DNA from: a virus
Length of the DNA stretch: 41,670 bases
Virus record (IMG/VR): IMGVR_UViG_3300045988_129826
Strand: one strand, 5' to 3'
Shown here piece after piece: positions 34,436 through 41,670 of this stretch. Every line of letters starts with the position of its first letter. Within the stretch, counting starts at the first letter, position 1. The notes under the pieces are model-generated. The model worked only from the letters and a program-made list of their open reading frames with translations, did no database searches and was not told the origin of the DNA. The position numbers were made by a program, and so were the translations under genes.

Positions 34436-35893
34436 TTATTTTTCAAAATCTAAATTAAATGCCTTATATAAACCTTTATGTAGAGTAAATCTATTTGCTA
34501 AATTCATTTTCATTGTAGGATTCTTATGTTTAAACATTGCTTTACTTTTATTTAAAGTCTTCTTCTTCCTTTTATCATAATAAGGAACTTCTATGACTTG
34601 ACCTATATATCCATTATCAAATAATATGTTAAATACTTTTCTTATATAATCCTCATTTTTATCCGAAAAATATTTCTCTGCTACATATCTGAATCTATTG
34701 TAAGTAAAGTCTGTTCTGCCAATATCAGAAAAAACTATTTCAAAATTATCAATATCATTATCTAACATAAATCCGCTTAATTCATTTTTCATTTCTTCAT
34801 AAAAATAATCCGTAGAATATTGATCCATTATATATTTTAACTGTGAGTAATTCACTTTATCATTTTGAGGGTACTCCTTTTTGCATTGTTCTAAAAACTG
34901 TAAAATATCTCTAGGTTTATTAAGGGTATACTGAAGAACATATTTAAATGATTTTAAATGATTAATTCTTGGAGGAAATATATGATTCCAATGATTATCT
35001 AAATCATCTTCTTTTACTCCAGATAATAAAAATCTTAGTTTGACAACTTCCATTAAGTCATTTGGGTTATTCCAGTCTAACTTGATTCCACCGTCTCTTT
35101 TTATTTTATTAAAATCTGGATCTGTAATACCACTAAGTATATCTTCTCTTGCAAGTATGATTATTTTTATAGGTATATTTTTTCTAAATAAATAATCATT
35201 TATTTGACCTATTGATCTAAATAAACCTGATAGCATTTCTATTTTTAATTTTTCATGCCTTAAAATGTCATCTAATCCATCTATTATCAAGTAATTCTGA
35301 ATTCCATTAAAATCTATATCGCATAAACTTCTTTGTAAATACTCACAAAGTTCTGATAATGAATAATCAACTAATGTAAGTTTTCTTTTCTCACTAATTA
35401 ATTTGAAATATTTTCCCATAAATTCTATATTTTTAAAACTTCTAACAGTACTATTTATAGAATCTAAGTGCATTAAATTATTATCTTTTAAAAAGTCAAC
35501 TATATTATAAAAAGATTCCACGGATGTATAATCCATAGAGCTTGACAAAAACTTATATATCTCTATTAACAAAGTTAAATCCCATGCTAATTTAAATTTT
35601 TGGCTTCCGTTATATTCTTCTCTGCTCAATGTTGAAAATTTATCAAATTCAAAGTTTGCAAGTGTAACTTGATGTGCATTTAGATTTTCATTTGACTCAA
35701 CTAAGCTTCTAATTTTAGCACTATATGCTGTTTTTCCTACCCCTTTGTTTCCCATTAAAATAAACTCATTACTATTTAATAACTTATCTAAAATTTCTTT
35801 AGGGTCATAAAAAGCCTCTCTAAAAATATCAGGTCTACGCGTAAATTCAGTCTCTGAATCTGCAAAACCAAAAGTATAATCTTTTAACTTCAT
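34436..35893 (-). CDS. STAND/NACHT-like (ORC-Cdc6-type) P-loop NTPase, stand-alone
   Basis: 485 aa. Walker A GNKGVGKT (aa 48-55), Walker B YLIIDGLDD (aa 201-209, NACHT-like DGLDE), sensor-1-like IIILARED, and NKPRDILQFL (sensor-2 / winged-helix-like Arg). Own flanking non-coding DNA. Confidence 0.55.
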   Translation of the reverse strand: MKLKDYTFGFADSETEFTRRPDIFREAFYDPKEILDKLLNSNEFILMGNKGVGKTAYSAKIRSLVESNENLNAHQVTLANFEFDKFSTLSREEYNGSQKFKLAWDLTLLIEIYKFLSSSMDYTSVESFYNIVDFLKDNNLMHLDSINSTVRSFKNIEFMGKYFKLISEKRKLTLVDYSLSELCEYLQRSLCDIDFNGIQNYLIIDGLDDILRHEKLKIEMLSGLFRSIGQINDYLFRKNIPIKIIILAREDILSGITDPDFNKIKRDGGIKLDWNNPNDLMEVVKLRFLLSGVKEDDLDNHWNHIFPPRINHLKSFKYVLQYTLNKPRDILQFLEQCKKEYPQNDKVNYSQLKYIMDQYSTDYFYEEMKNELSGFMLDNDIDNFEIVFSDIGRTDFTYNRFRYVAEKYFSDKNEDYIRKVFNILFDNGYIGQVIEVPYYDKRKKKTLNKSKAMFKHKNPTMKMNLANRFTLHKGLYKAFNLDFEK

Positions 35894-35920
35894 AAAAGCC
35901 CCTTTCTTAAATGTAATTTT

Positions 35921-35982
35921 AACTTTATGATATCAAAGAATAAATATTTTTTCTACAAATTTATTCATAATATCATAAAGTT
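35921..35982. promoter_or_regulatory. Nested 62-bp palindrome between the endolysin and the STAND-like gene
   Basis: Outer arms aactttatgatat / atatcataaagtt (13 bp, perfect); inner arms gaataaat / atttattc (8 bp). It lies 28 nt upstream of the start at 35893. Confidence 0.5.
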
Positions 35983-36014
35983 ATTCTTTTTATACATTTA
36001 TTGTATGAAAATTG

Positions 36015-36800
36015 CTAAATCAACTCTAAATATTCTGTACTTACATATCCAAGTCCTTTATTACCTTTATATCCTTCAATAGATACCCAACCATTTAGGC
36101 AATAGTTAAGTTTTACGATATCTCCTTTATTAAGTTTCCCTATTACATTATATTGAGTTCCTCTATCATACCTAACATTTAAAACATTTGCTGTTACTTT
36201 TGCTCTTCTTCCGATATAACTTCCATTTTTGAATCCTTCTGATTCAGTTTCATACGAAGATGATATATCTTGATTTAAGATACCTTCTGCTATTTTTCTT
36301 GCAATCAAATCTTTCTCATGAGCTTCATCTCCTCTTTGATAATCTTCTTTACTATCACAGAAGAAGCATTCAACTAATATAGAAACAGGGTCAGTTTGAG
36401 TTAATATGTATAAATCAGTTCTTTTCTTAATTCCTCTATCTGTGAATATATCATCTAATTTGTCATTGACTCTTTGTGCATACTCTTTGCCTTTAGAAGA
36501 ATAATATAAAACCTCTGTGCCTTTAGCTGTTCCATTATAAGCATTTAAATGAAGTTCTACAACTAAATCATAGCCTTTACCATTTACTTTGCCTAATTTA
36601 TATGTTTTTTCCTGTGAAGGTTTAGTAAATTCTCTTTCAGGACATATGATAACATCTACTTGATGACCTTTAAATTTTAAATATTTTTGAACTATAGGAG
36701 CAAGTTCTTTACAATATGCATATTCTAAAACTTCTCCTTTGGCACTTGTACAAGTTCCATTTTTTAATATACTATGACCTACAGTTATTGCTATTTTCAT
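36015..36800 (-). CDS. Endolysin: N-acetylmuramoyl-L-alanine amidase (Amidase_3-like) + C-terminal SH3 domain
   Basis: MKIAITVGHS...VELHLNAY...ECFFCDS is amidase-like. The C-terminal VTANVLNVRYDRGTQYNVIGKLNKGDIVKL...GWVSIEG...GYVSTEYL is SH3_3-like. The ATG at 36800 has a GGTGGG RBS (the tracked GTG is at 36809). Confidence 0.85.
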   Translation of the reverse strand: MKIAITVGHSILKNGTCTSAKGEVLEYAYCKELAPIVQKYLKFKGHQVDVIICPEREFTKPSQEKTYKLGKVNGKGYDLVVELHLNAYNGTAKGTEVLYYSSKGKEYAQRVNDKLDDIFTDRGIKKRTDLYILTQTDPVSILVECFFCDSKEDYQRGDEAHEKDLIARKIAEGILNQDISSSYETESEGFKNGSYIGRRAKVTANVLNVRYDRGTQYNVIGKLNKGDIVKLNYCLNGWVSIEGYKGNKGLGYVSTEYLELI

Positions 36801-36801
36801 A

Positions 36802-37089
36802 TTATACACCCACCTTATCTAATACTTTATCTAATTTAGTTTCTATTCTTTCTGTACTTTCTTCTACATTTTCAACCCTTACAGTTAAACTTGTTATACT
36901 TTCAGCGTATGTTTTTGAAGTTTCAGTAAAAGTTTCAACTGATTTTCTAAATAATTCTCTATCTTCTTTTTGATTTTCAATACTAATTTTTCTCTCTTCT
37001 GCTCTTTCTTTCATAAATGTTGTAAATAGATATCCACCTATTAATCCAACTATTCCAAGTCCTGCAAATTCTGTTATCATTTGTTCCAC
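36802..37089 (-). CDS. Holin-like lysis membrane protein (single N-terminal TM + coiled coil)
   Basis: 95 aa. TM FAGLGIVGLIGGYLFTTFM, then a charged helix. Immediately upstream of the endolysin. Confidence 0.45.
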   Translation of the reverse strand: MEQMITEFAGLGIVGLIGGYLFTTFMKERAEERKISIENQKEDRELFRKSVETFTETSKTYAESITSLTVRVENVEESTERIETKLDKVLDKVGV

Positions 37090-37146
37090 TTAGTACACCA
37101 CCCTTTAAAAATAAAAGACTAGAAATTAATCTAGTCTTTTGCATTA

Positions 37147-39750
37147 TTAATATTCTATTGGTAACTCTATATCATAAACTGGAGGATATAACATCTTGTA
37201 TAGTTCATTATATTCATCTTGATTTATTCTTCCAGTTGCAAGATATTTATTCATTACATTTTCTAAATATTCTTTTTCATAAGTTTCATTGATTATATGA
37301 TTTTTTAAGAAATTAAAATACGTTGCACTTCTTAACATATTACTACCCCATAAATTTAAAGTCATTGGTATGAATTCCATTAAAGCTAATTCTATATCTA
37401 ACATTCTCATATCAGTTTCTAATATCATCATGTCTTGAACTTCTTGACTAGCTTTTACATTACTTTCTAATAAGCTAACTTTCTTTTGTAATAAGCTAAC
37501 TACATTAGATATATTATTATGAACTTTTAAAGTAGTTCTAGGAGATAAAACACCACTTTCAACTATGAAATTAGTTTCCCCATTATATGTTATTAAATCT
37601 ATGTTAGTACATTCATATACTTTTTCTTGTGCTAGTTGATATACTACTGTTAAGTTGTTAGCTTGTAGCCATTGTTTTAATTCAGTTACATCTGTAAAGT
37701 TATTATTTATTATTATATGAGTAGCTATACTATCCGTACCCGATATACTTATCCCAATATGGTTATGGCTATACACATCACCAAATATTACAGTTGGTAA
37801 CAAATCTGATATTATATTAGGTGATGTTTTCGTATTAAATGCAGCACTAGGTATATCAATAGCGTCAAATTGGATAGATTGTCTATATGTCGCTGGGGAC
37901 ATCGTTGATGAATTTGTATCATTATTCCAATTCTCACTACCATTTAGCACAACTTCTGCACTACGTTGGTGATAGTAATACTTACCGTCTGCGTGTTTCT
38001 CTATACTATCCCATTCTCTTAATGTAGGTTTTTCCCACGCTTGAGTTTCGTTGTTGTAGTATAGGAGTTGTTTTTTATCTGATTGTGTTTCATCACTATT
38101 AACACTTGAAACTACTATTTCATCTGTATTTTCACCTACTGATTTAAGTCCTTCAAAGTATGAAGGTGGGTTTTGTGTGTGGTCGCCTTCTAGGATAACT
38201 ACTGATTTTTTAAATATATCTAAATCACTAGATGTCCAACCATCACTATATGCACCTTGTATCATCCTAAATTTAACATTATTAAGTGCAATTGCAACGG
38301 ATGAAAAAGGATTAATTGTTATTTGACTATTATACGAATCATCTAATTTAGATGTTTGGAATTTAATATTTTTATCTGATAAATTACATACAGTTATAGT
38401 TTTATCTGTAATATCATATATCAAATCGACCACTTGTAACCAATCAGATACAGCACTATCTCTAAACGTTTTTGCTAAATTCACCAACGTCTTACCTTCT
38501 AGCTTCACATCTTCAAAATACCCATTTGACGTTGCTTCAACAGTAGTAAAATCACTTTCAGTAGTAATAGTAGATATCGTAGAATCTCGTAATAGTTTAT
38601 CTGTGTAATCTATCCTCTCTTTTAAACTATTAAATGCTACTCCTTTAAAATCTACCCTAGCATCTATAACTTCTGCATCTTGTTGTTGTTTAGAAGTTAA
38701 AGCGTTAAATCTAGTTTCTACATCACTTATTTTGTTGTTTATAGAAGTTTCTAAATGAGTTATGCTTGGTGTATCACCTTTTACACCTTGCGGACCTATT
38801 GGACCTACATCACCCTTTAAACCTTGCAAACCTTGTGGACCAACAGGACCTTGAGGACCAATAGCACCTGTATCCCCTTTTGGACCTTTTGGGCCTTGAA
38901 CACCTTGAGGACCTTGTGGACCTATATCCCCTTTATCTCCTTTTGGACCTTGAACACCTTGAGGACCTTGTGGACCTATCAACTCGCTTTTAGGTGGTAT
39001 CTTAGATATTGCAACATCAACTTTATTAGTGTTTACAAGTGTTTTATAGTCTATATCAATTATTTTGTCATTTATCTTTTTAGTGTTTTCATCTAAGTTT
39101 TCGTTTATCTCTATTTCTTTAGCTTTTACAAAGTCATTAACTTCTGATATTTTATTATCTACTTCATCTATCTTTGTATCAACTCGTTCTATAACTGGAT
39201 CTAATAACTCTATAACTTTTTTATCAGTTTGAGTTGTAACAAGTTCGTTATGATTATTTTTTATAATTTCAAACTGTTCTTTTATATTGTTAAAATTATC
39301 TTCTCTGTTAGCTTCGTTTATTTCTATAGTAGATAATCTGCTTAACATATCAGTCAATAATGTAAATTCTTCTGTAGTTTCTGCAGTATCATTTAATAAG
39401 CTAAATATTTTATCTTCTTCAACTTCATAACTTATAACATCAGTAACTACTCTTTCATCTTCTAATATAAGCATAGCTTGTGCAGTATAAGTTCCTATTT
39501 CATCTCTCATATTAGGTTTTAAATCTGCATATACAAGACCATTTTCAATTTGTAGAAATTGACTAGCAACCTTGCCACTTGGTTTTATTGTTGCTAATAC
39601 TACTATAGCCTTTTCAATATCGACTAAATTTCCACCATTAGTTATACGCATAAAAAAATCAGATGTATTATTATCAAATTGATTAAACTTCATAGTTGAA
39701 TTATTACATCTGAATTGCAAATCTAATTTTAAGTTGTATTTTTTATTCAT
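37147..39750 (-). CDS. BppU-like baseplate/tail fibre protein with a 23-triplet collagen-like region
   Basis: 867 aa. The N-terminus NLKLDLQF...[15 protein letters not shown]...[10 protein letters not shown] resembles the BppU N domain. Aa 259-327 are uninterrupted Gly-X-Y ([19 protein letters not shown]...). Confidence 0.75.
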   Translation of the reverse strand: MNKKYNLKLDLQFRCNNSTMKFNQFDNNTSDFFMRITNGGNLVDIEKAIVVLATIKPSGKVASQFLQIENGLVYADLKPNMRDEIGTYTAQAMLILEDERVVTDVISYEVEEDKIFSLLNDTAETTEEFTLLTDMLSRLSTIEINEANREDNFNNIKEQFEIIKNNHNELVTTQTDKKVIELLDPVIERVDTKIDEVDNKISEVNDFVKAKEIEINENLDENTKKINDKIIDIDYKTLVNTNKVDVAISKIPPKSELIGPQGPQGVQGPKGDKGDIGPQGPQGVQGPKGPKGDTGAIGPQGPVGPQGLQGLKGDVGPIGPQGVKGDTPSITHLETSINNKISDVETRFNALTSKQQQDAEVIDARVDFKGVAFNSLKERIDYTDKLLRDSTISTITTESDFTTVEATSNGYFEDVKLEGKTLVNLAKTFRDSAVSDWLQVVDLIYDITDKTITVCNLSDKNIKFQTSKLDDSYNSQITINPFSSVAIALNNVKFRMIQGAYSDGWTSSDLDIFKKSVVILEGDHTQNPPSYFEGLKSVGENTDEIVVSSVNSDETQSDKKQLLYYNNETQAWEKPTLREWDSIEKHADGKYYYHQRSAEVVLNGSENWNNDTNSSTMSPATYRQSIQFDAIDIPSAAFNTKTSPNIISDLLPTVIFGDVYSHNHIGISISGTDSIATHIIINNNFTDVTELKQWLQANNLTVVYQLAQEKVYECTNIDLITYNGETNFIVESGVLSPRTTLKVHNNISNVVSLLQKKVSLLESNVKASQEVQDMMILETDMRMLDIELALMEFIPMTLNLWGSNMLRSATYFNFLKNHIINETYEKEYLENVMNKYLATGRINQDEYNELYKMLYPPVYDIELPIEY
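38894..38979. repeat. 32-bp perfect direct repeat (54-nt period, in frame) within the collagen-like coding region
   Basis: ccttgaacaccttgaggaccttgtggacctat occurs at 38894-38925 and 38948-38979. It extends to 41 nt with one mismatch. Confidence 0.85.
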
Positions 39751-41019
39751 TTACACACCTACTTTTAATGTTTCTATTTCTTCTTTTAATTTTTTAATTT
39801 CAAGTATTGCTATTTTAAGCAATTCGCTTTCATTAACAAATATATCATCTGTTTTCTCACTTACTTCAACTAACTTTGTATTTTTTAATTTTGTTACATC
39901 CATTTGCAATGCTTCGTCTTGACTATAACTACTAATAAACTCTATATTATCTATTACATTGTCTATCGCAACATCTTCCTTAGCAAAGGTTTCAATATCG
40001 CTTACAACTACACCATCACTAGAATAACTATTCGCAGCAAAAACAGACTTCCAAGCACCCCATGGAGTACCGCATTGCATTTGACCACTCAAGTCATCTC
40101 TAGGTTGGAAAGCACATTCGCTTCCACCATACATTACTACTCCTATAGTACCATTGTTAGATTCAAGGTTTAAAGTACTTGATGATCTTAGGTAATTAGC
40201 TAAAACATCTACCGCTTCTACAGAATATGTTCCGAAACATCCATTTCCGTCTTTTTCAAATACAGAAGCCAATTCCCTTCGCTTACCTGCTTGATAATAA
40301 CGACCTATAGAAACTCTATAATCTGGATTTATCTCAATCTCACCATTTGAATTAAACCTTATAGAAGTGTAGTTATCTTTTACAAATTGATAAGCCCATT
40401 CTGCATAAGCCGCATCAGATCCTATTGGATTATATTTAGCTGGATAACTCACACCTGCTAAATAGTTATGACTTTCACCAACTCCGTCATGACCTATTGC
40501 TAAGAAAGGAGTATTTGATTTTTGTCCTGTAATTGGAGATTTAAATCCAAACATAGCTTTTACATCATTACCATCTTTAATTGAGTACATATCACCTTCA
40601 ACATAAACATGTTGACCTTCACCATTTGGAGAAGTTCTAAGAATACATCCTTCAATTAACCCACTTTTTAAATAAGTTGCGTTAATGTATAATTCACCAT
40701 TTTCCATAATAATAGCTTTCTTTTTGCCGTTATCAGTAAGCTTATTAAATATATCTTCATGAGTTTTCAAATCAAATACATTTTTAGATATTTTTTCATT
40801 TGCAATTTGTATACACTTTCTTATATGTTCTAACCTAATTGTATAGTCTTTAAGAGCATCTTCTAAGCTTTCAAGTTGTTCAGGGGGAATAATATCCCCT
40901 TTATTGATAACCAAATTAAAAGCATTAGATACAACTTCTTTTTCAACTAATACAGGAGGGATAGCAGCTAATTTATCAATAATTAAATTAAAGTTATTAG
41001 ATATAATTTCCTTATTCAT
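39751..41019 (-). CDS. Tail fibre / receptor-binding accessory protein
   Basis: 422 aa in the fibre cluster. N-terminal tandem repeat (ISNNFNLIIDKLAAIPPVLVEKE / VSNAFNLVINKGDIIPPEQLES), C-terminal coiled coil. Confidence 0.45.
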   Translation of the reverse strand: MNKEIISNNFNLIIDKLAAIPPVLVEKEVVSNAFNLVINKGDIIPPEQLESLEDALKDYTIRLEHIRKCIQIANEKISKNVFDLKTHEDIFNKLTDNGKKKAIIMENGELYINATYLKSGLIEGCILRTSPNGEGQHVYVEGDMYSIKDGNDVKAMFGFKSPITGQKSNTPFLAIGHDGVGESHNYLAGVSYPAKYNPIGSDAAYAEWAYQFVKDNYTSIRFNSNGEIEINPDYRVSIGRYYQAGKRRELASVFEKDGNGCFGTYSVEAVDVLANYLRSSSTLNLESNNGTIGVVMYGGSECAFQPRDDLSGQMQCGTPWGAWKSVFAANSYSSDGVVVSDIETFAKEDVAIDNVIDNIEFISSYSQDEALQMDVTKLKNTKLVEVSEKTDDIFVNESELLKIAILEIKKLKEEIETLKVGV

Positions 41020-41028
41020 TATTTCCTC

Positions 41029-41670
41029 CTACTTTGGGAATCCATTGCTCCAACCTTGTGGCACAGTTGTCATAGAGAATCTTCTCCATTCTTTAGTGAT
41101 TTCTATCATTTTTGGTTGAGCCACTCCTTTGTTATGTTGCCAACTATCGTGGAACATTAATCCTTCTGCTAACCACCAGTCTCCACCACAATTACTGCAA
41201 TAATGAGTTTGGTCTCTATCGTCTACACCATTTTCATCCCATTTAACTTTTCTCAAATCTATACAAGTATAAATGTATTGGTATTTAGTATCAAAAGCCT
41301 TTATATTTGAAAATGGGTGATACATACAGTTTTCTGAATTAATCTTATTTGCTTCTCTAAGTATTATAGTTTTTGATGTGCTAGATTGTTTAACACTATC
41401 TCCAAAATATCTATTAGTATCTCCATTAAATGACTCTGCATAAAAGTTACCATTTGGTACAGGTAGGTGTTGAACTAACTCCCACTTTCCATTATACCAG
41501 CCATAAACTTTTATATCCTTCATCTCAACGGCAGTATTTTGAGTAAAAGGTGTTCCTTCAACTCTATATATATTTGACCAACATCCTAGTGCTTGAAATG
41601 CACCTGTCCCTGGGCATCCACTTTGACCACAACTATGAGCTACGGCTGTTGGCCTATATTGATTTTCCCA
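41029..41670 (-). CDS. C-terminal part of the Big_2 tail protein that starts at nt 994 (wraps the junction)
   Basis: The frame is open from 41670 down to the stop at 41029. The tracked Met at 41523 is internal. Cys/Trp-rich domain (CGQSGCPGTGAFQALGCW...HYCSNCGGDWWLAEG). Confidence 0.7.
   Translation of the reverse strand, partial: WENQYRPTAVAHSCGQSGCPGTGAFQALGCWSNIYRVEGTPFTQNTAVEMKDIKVYGWYNGKWELVQHLPVPNGNFYAESFNGDTNRYFGDSVKQSSTSKTIILREANKINSENCMYHPFSNIKAFDTKYQYIYTCIDLRKVKWDENGVDDRDQTHYCSNCGGDWWLAEGLMFHDSWQHNKGVAQPKMIEITKEWRRFSMTTVPQGWSNGFPK
41616..41670. repeat. 55-nt terminal overlap, right copy
   Basis: Identical to nt 1-55. Confidence 0.9.

Larger units (their letters stand above)
1..41670. 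mobile_element. Complete temperate siphovirus-like phage / putative phage-plasmid genome, circularly permuted in this window
   Basis: Full set of lysogeny, replication, packaging, head, tail and lysis modules. No flanking host genes. The two window ends overlap by 55 nt inside a tail gene. Confidence 0.85.

Noticed and set aside
38824-39096. Plus-strand ORF with repeated LRTLWT motifs
   Set aside because: It is the antisense reading of the Gly-X-Y collagen tract of the 867-aa fibre gene. Its periodicity is inherited from the triplet repeat.
41616-41670. Terminal 55-nt repeat as attL/attR, LTR or physical direct terminal repeat
   Set aside because: It lies in the middle of a continuous tail-protein reading frame and both ends are phage DNA. 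The simplest explanation is an assembly overlap of a circular or permuted molecule.

Overview
This strongly AT-rich window appears to be a complete, circularly closed genome of a temperate siphovirus-type phage, or phage-plasmid, from a low-GC spore-forming Firmicute (Clostridium-like: SLH domains, Spo0E-like gene, SH3-type endolysin). Nt 1-55 are identical to nt 41616-41670, giving a unique length of 41,615 nt, and I read one tail gene codon by codon through that junction without a stop. Almost all genes are on the minus strand. A Cro-like early operon runs from 24.4 kb down to 15.4 kb: antirepressor, Xis-like HTH, RecT, replisome organiser/DnaD, DnaC-like loader, a small Spo0E-like ORF, YopX, VRR-NUC and a RinA/ArpU-like late activator. 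The late genes follow from 14.9 kb down to nt 1 and wrap to 41.67-36.0 kb: YfbU-like, fused TerS-TerL terminase, portal, two small inserted genes (one DUF2829/Tad2-like), head morphogenesis, scaffold, capsid, connectors, major tail, G/G-T chaperones, tape measure, Dit, Tal, three fibre/receptor-binding proteins, a holin-like protein and an amidase-SH3 endolysin. The plus strand carries only the XRE repressor / ImmA protease / tyrosine integrase cassette (24.58-26.56 kb) and two tiny hydrophobic-peptide ORFs. The most interesting part is the ~9.5 kb accessory arm between endolysin and integrase (26.56-36.0 kb). It holds a lone STAND/NACHT-like P-loop NTPase and a secreted ComEC-type MBL hydrolase with SLH anchors. 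It also holds two paralogous RHH regulators and an orphan virB2/virB3/virB4-like trio (two small membrane proteins plus a 775-aa ATPase with a long Walker A-B spacer). An RHH + ParM-like actin pair with a structured upstream repeat region, and an array of TGTCAGTT repeats next to the integrase, complete the arm. All family assignments come from motif recognition by eye; no database search was run.
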